Shown here: piece after piece, positions 50,278 through 58,748 of the stretch
How the letters are laid out: each line of letters begins with the position of its first letter
Position numbering within the stretch: the stretch's first letter is position 1
NCBI GenBank assembly: GCA_036339465.1
Contig: JAYZAY010000033.1
Location: forward strand, 32,001 to 96,000
Direction of reading: 5' to 3'
DNA: 64,000 nucleotides
From: Myxococcota bacterium
GTDB lineage: Bacteria > Myxococcota > XYA12-FULL-58-9 > JABJBS01
Notes under the pieces: generated by a model
What the model was told of the DNA's origin: nothing
Database searches by the model: none
The model's input: the letters and a program-made list of their open reading frames with translations, nothing else
Translations under genes and position numbers: made by a program

Positions 50278-51213
50278 CTAAAAAACCATCCGCTCACACA
50301 TCCATCCGGCAAGATTTATCCTCTGCCCAAAGCCATAGGCTCGCTGGACCCGATGCTCTAACCCCGACTTGATTCGGAAAACGAGCAGTTCTCCAAAATC
50401 GATATGGGGCGCAGCAGTGGGGTGTTTTTTCGTCGATTCGCGGAGCTGAAGCCGACCTCCGACATAGAGACGTGGCTTCAAAGAAAGGCTCAATGCTAGA
50501 ACACGGCCTTGGGCTTCCAACACGTCGCTGTGCCAAAGGTCCTTGTCTACCCATGGCCGCATCTTATAAATACGCCCCACGAAACATTTGACCCCAAAAG
50601 TGTCTCTCCCCAATAGCTTCGCCATATAGGCCATAAAAGGCGGAAACGTTAGGAGGTAGTGGCTAATTGTAAGTACAGGCATAATACTAAGATTCAAGTC
50701 TTCACCTACCTCTAGGTGTTGGACTCGACGATAGGATTTCCCTTGAACCAGTGATGAAATTTCAGCCAGTAAATCACCATCAAGGATAGGCCCGAGCTTC
50801 ATCCAATGATTCGAGAGGAAAATCTCTTTTTGGGTTTGAATCACGGCCTCAGGAACGCTGAAGTTCATGGCTTTTCGTGGTCCCTCTAAGTTCACCGCAG
50901 TCACCGGCATCAATAAAGCTTGGATGAAATCAGACTTCGAATTGTGGGTCACCATTTCGCGAAACACAGAGAATATCGCCGGAAAACGTCTCGACTCTCG
51001 ACCCACATGCTCAAAGGGACGATTCGAGTCCCTGCACTCTTTTTCCAGCCGGGTGATAAGCTGTGCTTTGGAGTCGTCTAATAACCCGGAGTCAGAAGCA
51101 ATCACCTCCAAGAAAAGAGAGTCAAAATGACATCCATCGCCACCTTCGACTGCCTTATACAGCTCAATAAACCGAACAAATTGATTGGCTTCCCGGTAAT
51201 TATCCCCACTCAC
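50278..51213 (-). CDS. 2OG-Fe(II) oxygenase
   Basis: WHSD, YVGGRL, GELLVF, HRV and a distal R (QRINLAGW). Confidence 0.88.
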   Translation of the reverse strand: MSGDNYREANQFVRFIELYKAVEGGDGCHFDSLFLEVIASDSGLLDDSKAQLITRLEKECRDSNRPFEHVGRESRRFPAIFSVFREMVTHNSKSDFIQALLMPVTAVNLEGPRKAMNFSVPEAVIQTQKEIFLSNHWMKLGPILDGDLLAEISSLVQGKSYRRVQHLEVGEDLNLSIMPVLTISHYLLTFPPFMAYMAKLLGRDTFGVKCFVGRIYKMRPWVDKDLWHSDVLEAQGRVLALSLSLKPRLYVGGRLQLRESTKKHPTAAPHIDFGELLVFRIKSGLEHRVQRAYGFGQRINLAGWMCERMVF

Positions 51214-51395
51214 TATCGGCTCTTAAGATCTTATAACTATTCACACAATATCATCTAAGTTTTATTGCCTCGCCATTTGCACAAAGTGATCGTCTCAGTG
51301 TCTTACAAGACGCACGCCTGGCTTTATCCATCTCAACCCAGGATTGCAGAACAGAGTCTCTGGAGATATTCTGTTGGAGCCTATAGTTTTGGGCC

Positions 51396-52289
51396 ATGGA
51401 CTCCGATGATACGAAAAAGATTGTAATGAGCTGTAGGCCCCAACTCCTTGAAGATGGCGAGATTACCCCACATGGTTCAGATAAAATAAGTAACTACTTT
51501 CGCATTGGGAAAAAATGGTTTTTGAGGATTTGGAATACTCCCAAACCACATACAAGCGACACACCACCTAAAATCCCCTTAAAACTCCAAACCTATGGCC
51601 AAGAAAACTTTATCGTTTTTCCAAAGGCCCACCCATTTGTTGCTGGGAATACGAATTTCGGTTACTTCTCCGAATTGGTCGTGGGAGTTCACCCCCAAAA
51701 CCCGAAACAAATGAGCCAAAAACCTTGGGCACATCATTTTCTTACCAGTGCCATCGCTCTATTGGGCACCCTCCATGCACTCCGCTTCGAAAAGCAGCCA
51801 ATTCATTTCTCAAATATGGACCCAACTGATTTGTTCGAAAGACATCAAAGCCAACTGAAAAAATACTTTCCTAGGAGAATCCTATTACGCTCCATGGATA
51901 TTCGCGCCACCCTAGAATCTACCCAGGGCATTTTCAATGCAAACACTCTAGCGACCCTCCATACCGACTTCTGGGACCAAAACCTCTTTTGTCATCACCA
52001 ATCGGGTCGCCTAGTCGGGGTTATCGACTATGGCGAATGGCCACTGGGAGATCAAAGTTGGGACCTAGCGCTATTATTTAAAGGAATGCCAAAAACACTT
52101 CGTAGAATCGGCGAAGAACTATATTGTGAGCAAAGAGCTTTCACTCGGCTAGAACAAAAGGCACTCCTACGCAGAAGGATAACCGCCTGGCAGGAGTTCG
52201 AAGTCATCTATAATTTCCTGAGAACCATCTCATACCACCCCGAGGAAAGCGCATTCGCTTATGAAGCGGTTGTAAATCGCCTATGCTAA
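51396..52289 (+). CDS. APH/choline-kinase family phosphotransferase
   Basis: LHTDFWDQNL (HxDxxxxN), VIDYG and GDQSWDLA. Confidence 0.88.
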   Translation: MDSDDTKKIVMSCRPQLLEDGEITPHGSDKISNYFRIGKKWFLRIWNTPKPHTSDTPPKIPLKLQTYGQENFIVFPKAHPFVAGNTNFGYFSELVVGVHPQNPKQMSQKPWAHHFLTSAIALLGTLHALRFEKQPIHFSNMDPTDLFERHQSQLKKYFPRRILLRSMDIRATLESTQGIFNANTLATLHTDFWDQNLFCHHQSGRLVGVIDYGEWPLGDQSWDLALLFKGMPKTLRRIGEELYCEQRAFTRLEQKALLRRRITAWQEFEVIYNFLRTISYHPEESAFAYEAVVNRLC

Positions 52290-52301
52290 ATTTCAAACTC
52301 T

Positions 52302-53021
52302 TTATGAGATCATCGTTGTGCGCAATTCATCGGCAGGTGGAATGAATTCCTGACAAAGGTGGTCAAGTAACGGTCTCGAATTACCATTACCATGGAAGAC
52401 ACAAGGAAAACTCCCCATTTTGAGATTCATCACTCGATGATACTTCGAGTTATAAATCAATGAATCAGGATGCACCTTGTACAAGGTCTGAAAAATACTA
52501 CATTCGTGGTCTAGGCGAATCGCCCCCGGAGCGTCTAAGAAATGGCGACTCAAAACCAACTGGTCGTCGTCAGCAACATCCACCTCCAAACCATTAAAGA
52601 GTTCCCCCAAAGCCCCCACATAACCGATATAGCCCCCGGCATTGAGAAATCGAAAAGGGGATGGGTGTTCTGGGTAGCGTGGTTTTAGTGAAGGATCAGG
52701 CCAAACATTCATTTCTGCCGAAAAAACAATCGGACAATCAAAAGCTTTGAATTTGGAGATTATCTCCTTTGGAGAGGCGCTTAAGACCACGTCAAAACAA
52801 TCGGTAACCATTACAATTGAGTCTTTGTGAAGTTTCTTAAGAACCTCCCGCATTAACAAAATCCGCCAGCCAAACCCTGGCTGATTGTCCACCGGACAAG
52901 GCCACTTCTCCCCAAATGCCAGCACCTTAAACGGAATATCAAAATAAACCGCCGACTCGATAAAGCGTAGCAACAAGGGATCCCGATGGGTGGCCACCGT
53001 ATAGGTCATGAAATCCAACAT
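52302..53021 (-). CDS. PLOD (lysyl hydroxylase/LH3)-type glycosyltransferase domain protein
   Basis: TVAT, TDCFDV, FSAEMNVWPD, FLNAGGYIGY, DDDQL, LDHECSIFQTL and HGNG. Start placed at ATG 53021. Confidence 0.88.
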   Translation of the reverse strand: MLDFMTYTVATHRDPLLLRFIESAVYFDIPFKVLAFGEKWPCPVDNQPGFGWRILLMREVLKKLHKDSIVMVTDCFDVVLSASPKEIISKFKAFDCPIVFSAEMNVWPDPSLKPRYPEHPSPFRFLNAGGYIGYVGALGELFNGLEVDVADDDQLVLSRHFLDAPGAIRLDHECSIFQTLYKVHPDSLIYNSKYHRVMNLKMGSFPCVFHGNGNSRPLLDHLCQEFIPPADELRTTMIS

Positions 53022-53572
53022 CTGGGTATTATGAAGCAAGGAAATATCTGAATCAACGTGCGGTTTTAAGGAACAATCTGTAGGGGCATCACCATAGAGG
53101 ATTAAAGCGACGAACAAAGACAGTGAACTTCTTTGACATTGTGGAAGGAAAAAACCCGCACATAACCTTCCACCGCCCAATGCTTGAAACATCGAGTGGG
53201 GCATGGCAACGCAAAATAGGCAAAGGTGTCATAACAAACAATAGCAAAGAGAAAGCTAAATCGCTTTTAGTCGCTTTCTGCGGCGCGTGGACAGGGGCCC
53301 ATTGCTCATCTTCTCCTGCAAACCAACCGCTGACTCTAAACAAATCAGAACAGAAGTCCCCAAAATCAATTTAACCGCACCCCAAGTCTGCAACATCGTA
53401 GCGTCCCTCCTGTAATATAAAGTTTCTGAGCAAAAATGATACCAATTCATGCACAAGAAGGATTCTAAATTTACGACCTATTATTAAGCACTTAGGTGTA
53501 TTTCCCACGCTTCACCAAATGCAGAAAAACAACAAAAATGTAGATCCGAAAGATTTAAGACATAGATGTAGA

Positions 53573-55024
53573 CTATTCTAATCCACAACGACGTAAGAGT
53601 CCCTCTAATCGAGACCGCGCCTCCATCCGGTGAGCTTCGTAAGCATCAGATTGTCGCAAACTTTGTTGATAGTGGCCCGATTCACCAATCCATTTGCCCG
53701 CCACCATCATCTGTTCGATGCCCAAAACCACTCGGTTCATGGAAAGTGCCCGTAAAACATCGGTTGATGGCCAAAAAGCCGGGTGTTCGACATCCCAAAC
53801 GACTAAATTTGCCAGTGCTCCAGGTTTGATTTCTCCAAATACCATCTCAGGGTGAAGACGGCCGGGAATTCTCCACACCGTATCCAGTAAACGGTCGGGC
53901 TCAGAATACTTCTCCACCTTGCTAAATAGTTGGTTTCTCAGGTTCGCAAGCTCCGATAGGCTGTCCCCATTATTATTACGACAAAATCGTAGGTTTTCTT
54001 GAGAGAAGGTTGGCTTAAAAAAATGGGCTCCTGCCAAGAGCCTAAGCTCAGCCTGAACATCCATGCTGTCGTTTGAAGCACTGCAATCAGTGCCCAAAAC
54101 CATGGGTAATCCCATGTTCTGCCAAGCTTCGAAATTTGCCGAAAAACCAAATTGGAGTTGGGAGTAGCCGCAATATCCCAAGACTGCTCCCGAATCCTTA
54201 AGGGACTCAAGATCTCGATTACTCAAATAAATACCATGCACCCATAGCTGCGGAAAATCACCCGCAAGAACCCCCAACCTCTCTAAGAATTCGACGGGGG
54301 ATACACCATGTCGGTCCAAGGACCGTTGATACTCTTGTGGAGATTGGGCGAGGTGACAGTGTACGGGCAAATGGTGGATTTCGGCATGTTTGAGGATACG
54401 CTGCCACAACTCCGAACTCACTGTGTCTGTAGCATGGGGTCCGAAGGCCGCCAAAATACCTCCATCTCGAAACCGCTGATTGCCTTGAATGGCCTCCACC
54501 GCTGCCAATTCCTTTTCGAGTCGCGGCACACCGGGGCCTGAAAGGTCCTGCATGGTTGGCGCAATGACCCCACTCAATCCCGTATCCAAAAGCGCCTCTC
54601 CTACTTCTTCACCGTAATAGTAGTGGTCCCAAACCGAACCAACACCACACATCAGCGATTCATACGCGCCTAAGCGAGTAAAAGCTCGGACATCACCTGG
54701 CTGTAAATGGGATTCCATCTCATAAAAGAGGTCCTCGACCACATTATCCGCCCGAGCCGCTAAACCTCCCACACCTCGATATGCAGACATGGCCAGATGG
54801 GTATGGCCATTGATAAAGCTCGGGCTTATAAGCTTCGTCCCATAATCATGAAAATCGAGATTACAGCTTCGTGCTTTCTCAAAAACTTCATCACCTCGAG
54901 TACATTCTAAGACACCACCAATTGTGTTACCGTCAATTGTGATTAGGGCAGAGACTATCTGATAGCCACCACCGCCCTTGGAAAGCACAACTTGCTCTGA
55001 AAAAATATTCAACACGTAACCCAC
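53573..55024 (-). CDS. Metal-dependent amidohydrolase (MTA/SAH deaminase, Atz/Trz-like family)
   Basis: FINGHTH, GPHA, HCHLAQS, VHG, LGTD and IKPGALANLVV. Confidence 0.85.
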   Translation of the reverse strand: MGYVLNIFSEQVVLSKGGGGYQIVSALITIDGNTIGGVLECTRGDEVFEKARSCNLDFHDYGTKLISPSFINGHTHLAMSAYRGVGGLAARADNVVEDLFYEMESHLQPGDVRAFTRLGAYESLMCGVGSVWDHYYYGEEVGEALLDTGLSGVIAPTMQDLSGPGVPRLEKELAAVEAIQGNQRFRDGGILAAFGPHATDTVSSELWQRILKHAEIHHLPVHCHLAQSPQEYQRSLDRHGVSPVEFLERLGVLAGDFPQLWVHGIYLSNRDLESLKDSGAVLGYCGYSQLQFGFSANFEAWQNMGLPMVLGTDCSASNDSMDVQAELRLLAGAHFFKPTFSQENLRFCRNNNGDSLSELANLRNQLFSKVEKYSEPDRLLDTVWRIPGRLHPEMVFGEIKPGALANLVVWDVEHPAFWPSTDVLRALSMNRVVLGIEQMMVAGKWIGESGHYQQSLRQSDAYEAHRMEARSRLEGLLRRCGLE

Positions 55025-55156
55025 TCCGGAATTCAGTCAAAGGCGGTTTAACCGTAGACCACTTACCGGGGAATGGAAAGAAGGATTTCGGTGGAGCACA
55101 ACAAACCACAAACTCAACCTTATCGAGCACCCGTCACCGTTACCAATAGACCTCAT

Positions 55157-55879
55157 TTACGAGAAACGGAGTTTGAGTACCCCAAAAAAAGCCTCTCCGA
55201 AGATACTGCTATTCATCTTAGAAAGGCCCCGCTCACGATCGGGAAAGATAATCGGAAACTCCTCAACAAGCGCGCCACATCTAGATGCCCTATACTTCAT
55301 CTCAATCTGGAACAGATATCCACTGGCTTGGATTGAGGAAAAATCTAATTGCTTCAAATAACTCGCCCGAAACCCGTTAAAACCACCCGTCAGATCGCGA
55401 ATACCCACGCCCAAGAGACAACGCGCATAAAAGCTTCCCCCCCAAGAAATCAATCGCCGTTGCCACTCCCAGTTCTCGACACCACCGCCTTTAACCCGTC
55501 GTGACCCCACCACCACATCAGCCTTATGAAGAAGTTGAATCATCGTCGGAAGATATTTTGGGTCGTGGGAAAAATCCGCATCGAATTCAATAATAAATTC
55601 ATAACCCCGCTCAAGTGCCCAATCAAACCCCGCCAAATAAGCGCGGCCCAGCCCACTCTTCTCTCTCCGATGCAGCACGTGAACCCGCGCATCTTCCTTG
55701 GCCAAGTGGTCAGCAGCCTGTCCGGTCCCATCGGGAGAATTGTCGTCGATCACCAAAATATGGACTTGCGGAACGGCCTTCAATACTGCCGGTACAATGA
55801 GATTTATATTCTCTATCTCGTTAAAGGTGGGAATACACACCAGCACCAAACCAGCATCGTCCATGGGAATCGTCGTCAT
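55157..55879 (-). CDS. Polyprenol-monophosphomannose synthase (GT2, DPM1-like)
   Basis: IPTFNE, DDNSPDGT, GLGRAY, DADFSHDP, GSR, DLTGGF and FQIE. Confidence 0.93.
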   Translation of the reverse strand: MTTIPMDDAGLVLVCIPTFNEIENINLIVPAVLKAVPQVHILVIDDNSPDGTGQAADHLAKEDARVHVLHRREKSGLGRAYLAGFDWALERGYEFIIEFDADFSHDPKYLPTMIQLLHKADVVVGSRRVKGGGVENWEWQRRLISWGGSFYARCLLGVGIRDLTGGFNGFRASYLKQLDFSSIQASGYLFQIEMKYRASRCGALVEEFPIIFPDRERGLSKMNSSIFGEAFFGVLKLRFS

Positions 55880-56166
55880 TCAATGGCTCCTAAACTTAAC
55901 CATAGCCTTCCTAACAAATGAATTTCCCTCCAACAAGGCACCATGCTTGGATTTTTCTATCACCCAGTCACCACATAAACCGCCCTCTTAGCCAGGCCCT
56001 AAAAAAGAGTTGGCTGCTCACCTATAAAATACCGAGGATAACCACTTTACTAGATCAGCAAGGCTTCTTGTCTCAGGATAAGGTCCAAAACGATAACGAA
56101 TTGCGTTCACCTCTCTAGGTTGCCCTGAGAATAACCTCTCATAAAGTCCATGACTTAGGACCATGT

Positions 56167-57519
56167 TCAGATTCGCCGTTTCCCGTCTTCGGACTTCTTA
56201 CAAAAATCCAGACTCCATTCCGATGAGCCAGTAAACTTGTCCACATGATATTCACCGGACGCCATCAAATTACACCCAATCTCCACCAGCCGATGGCCCA
56301 GTTCCGGCAAGAATGGAAAGAGCCGAAATTCCAATCGAAGACGACTTGGATCCGAACAAACTTGTAGGAGGGTCCCCAAACCAACCCGCAGCGAAGCAAT
56401 TTGCGCCCCACCACATATTAAACGACCTACTTCAACAATTTGTTCCTCTCGATTTTCTTTCAGATAGTCGATCAATAAATCCATATACGTGCCCGACAAA
56501 TCCCGCAACGAATGAAGATTGGACCATGTCACTCGAAAAACTGTCTGATGAGAGATCGGTAATTCGCGGTCAAAGAGCTCTAGCTCTCCATCAAAATCAA
56601 AGTAGGATTGGCACTGCCCCATCGCCATGGAGTCTTTTTGGCATATCACATAATCACTTTCATAAGGGTGAACAACCAGTTCCTGAGTATAATACTGATT
56701 CAATCTATAATGGGTTTCATGAATCGCAAAACGATATTTTTCGCTCAGACGAACAAATTCCCGGCGAATCAAAGGATTGACCGCAATCCCCAAAACCCCA
56801 CCCGGCTTCAAAAAAGATCTCGCTCGAGCCAAAACAAGTTCGAGGAAAGTCGGCGTCGGCATGGGATCGGTAAAAACCAGGTCTTGGGTCTCAAATAACT
56901 CCTCGGGGGGAGGTGTTCGAAAATCGTAGTATCTGGCCACAAGGTCATCATTGATACACGAAACTGTCTCCAACAAATTGGGGTCAGCATCCAAAACCGT
57001 AACACCTATATTTGAACGCATATTCAGACCCGCACAAAGAAAATCATCATCCCCCAAACATAGCGCCTTTATCTCCGAGGGATACTCTTTAAATTCTAAT
57101 GCGTGCTGGATCCTGGCCACCACAACCGATGGCAAAACAGGGCATTGACCCAGGGAAAAATCGTACCACCGCCTGGATGAATGAGCTTTGAGCACAGACT
57201 CCAACATCGCTTGATACTCTTGTTCATTGTCGGAAATTTCTTTGCGACAAAGAGACGTTAATTCTCTAAGTAGGTCACACACCACCGAATCATATTTGTG
57301 TTCTTCCCTATCCTCTTGAGAAACAACAAGTCCCTGATTTAGAAGTTCACCCACATCTTCATCCAAAACATCCTCGCCCTGAACCATTTGTTCAATCACT
57401 TGAGTCAAATCGAGAGAAAGCTTATGGACCCTTCTTTCGGGAGTCGTAAGGTCGATGAGCTGGATACCTTCCTTCGAATAGCTGGCAACCACACCCGTGC
57501 GTAACCGAAGCAAACTCAC
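56167..57519 (-). CDS. Branched-chain polyamine synthase (BpsA/DUF43)-like protein with an AdoMetDC-like tail
   Basis: YDFSLGQCP...VVARI, LGDDDFL, VTVLDAD, YDFRTPPP, DLVFTDP and ARSFLKPGG. GTG 57519 overlaps the upstream TGA and follows GGGAG. Confidence 0.82.
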   Translation of the reverse strand: MSLLRLRTGVVASYSKEGIQLIDLTTPERRVHKLSLDLTQVIEQMVQGEDVLDEDVGELLNQGLVVSQEDREEHKYDSVVCDLLRELTSLCRKEISDNEQEYQAMLESVLKAHSSRRWYDFSLGQCPVLPSVVVARIQHALEFKEYPSEIKALCLGDDDFLCAGLNMRSNIGVTVLDADPNLLETVSCINDDLVARYYDFRTPPPEELFETQDLVFTDPMPTPTFLELVLARARSFLKPGGVLGIAVNPLIRREFVRLSEKYRFAIHETHYRLNQYYTQELVVHPYESDYVICQKDSMAMGQCQSYFDFDGELELFDRELPISHQTVFRVTWSNLHSLRDLSGTYMDLLIDYLKENREEQIVEVGRLICGGAQIASLRVGLGTLLQVCSDPSRLRLEFRLFPFLPELGHRLVEIGCNLMASGEYHVDKFTGSSEWSLDFCKKSEDGKRRI

Positions 57520-58676
57520 AACAATGCTCCCGCTTTGGATAGCTGCGTTTTTCCTACCCAGTCCGTCCTTACCGGTAAGCGGCGGGTATAAAGACCACCA
57601 AAGTGGTATAAGAAGGCTAAACATACCAAACGCTCAAGCCCTACCTTCCCTTGGGGGCATAAAAATGAAAGTCTTGCGGAATTCGTCTTGGGGTCCAATA
57701 ACATCGTTAAATCCTCCCCCATATCCCCTAACCACGAGATGAGTTCGAAATCGCCCACATCATAGAGACTGAGTTCTCCGCGCTTACGGTCAAACAATGC
57801 CTCTAACACCATAAGAAACGGCGAGGCGCCGACATTCCCCATCTGCTTGCGGTCCAACTCAACGAAGCTCATATCAAAACGAAATACTTCGAACTTGGGG
57901 TCAGAGGAGAAACGCTCCACCCAATAAAGGGCTTCTCTTATTTGTCTCACTCGAACCAACAATAGGTCAGCTGATTCATCGAGTGTGGTTCCCTTGGGAG
58001 TAACCCAAGATTCAGCATCCTTTGAAGCTCTGACAAGTTCGAGGGTGCCGTTTTGAAAAAGGGAAGAGAGAATACGATCCCAAGGAGACCTGACCAGTAA
58101 CACCATTGCATCACCATCCTCAATGAAACCAAGAGCAGTCTTCAACTGTAGAAGACCAGTCTCAATATCTCCCAAACTAATCAGCGGTAAGACACACTCC
58201 TGCCTATCGAATGTCTGCTCATGCAATCGGGTCAAAATTGTTTTCGTAAACAATGACTCATCCAGCGCTTCAAAATGTGCAACGACCTCACTGGTGATCA
58301 CCAGATGTAAGTTCTGTCTCCTGCTTCCGTCAGAGAGATGCGGATTCCAATAATCAAAACCAAGAAGCGTCTTCCCAAAGACTTCGTTTCCACACCAGTC
58401 TCGTAATAACCGGGCGCTCCTCGCCTTATCATTCTCGGAACTTCGAAACCAGCCACCACATCCATCAAAGCAATGGAGGGGCTCACCCTCATCAACGAGG
58501 CTATCATAGAGCACCCATATATCCCTTAACGAAGGATTGGTTTGGAGATAACCTTCGAATTTCTGATTCCAGGAAGGACTTGAAAGAATCAAGTCGGAGC
58601 TCTTAATGATCTGTGTAGGAGGACCGATATCAGGCAATCGGGTATTGGTGGGAGCACCAAAAATAACTCGGCTCAC
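57516..58676 (-). CDS. Hypothetical protein, likely a diverged BpsA-like fold with an AdoMetDC-like tail
   Basis: LKTALGFIEDGDAMVLLV...ADLLLV parallels ARSFLKPGGVLGIAV...SDYVIC of the next gene. Confidence 0.6.
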   Translation of the reverse strand: MSRVIFGAPTNTRLPDIGPPTQIIKSSDLILSSPSWNQKFEGYLQTNPSLRDIWVLYDSLVDEGEPLHCFDGCGGWFRSSENDKARSARLLRDWCGNEVFGKTLLGFDYWNPHLSDGSRRQNLHLVITSEVVAHFEALDESLFTKTILTRLHEQTFDRQECVLPLISLGDIETGLLQLKTALGFIEDGDAMVLLVRSPWDRILSSLFQNGTLELVRASKDAESWVTPKGTTLDESADLLLVRVRQIREALYWVERFSSDPKFEVFRFDMSFVELDRKQMGNVGASPFLMVLEALFDRKRGELSLYDVGDFELISWLGDMGEDLTMLLDPKTNSARLSFLCPQGKVGLERLVCLAFLYHFGGLYTRRLPVRTDWVGKTQLSKAGALL

Positions 58677-58748
58677 AATGATTCTCTCGTAAAATGATAC
58701 AGGGACACGCTTACAAATTTGGCCGAAAAGGTCGAGTGGCGTGAGCTA

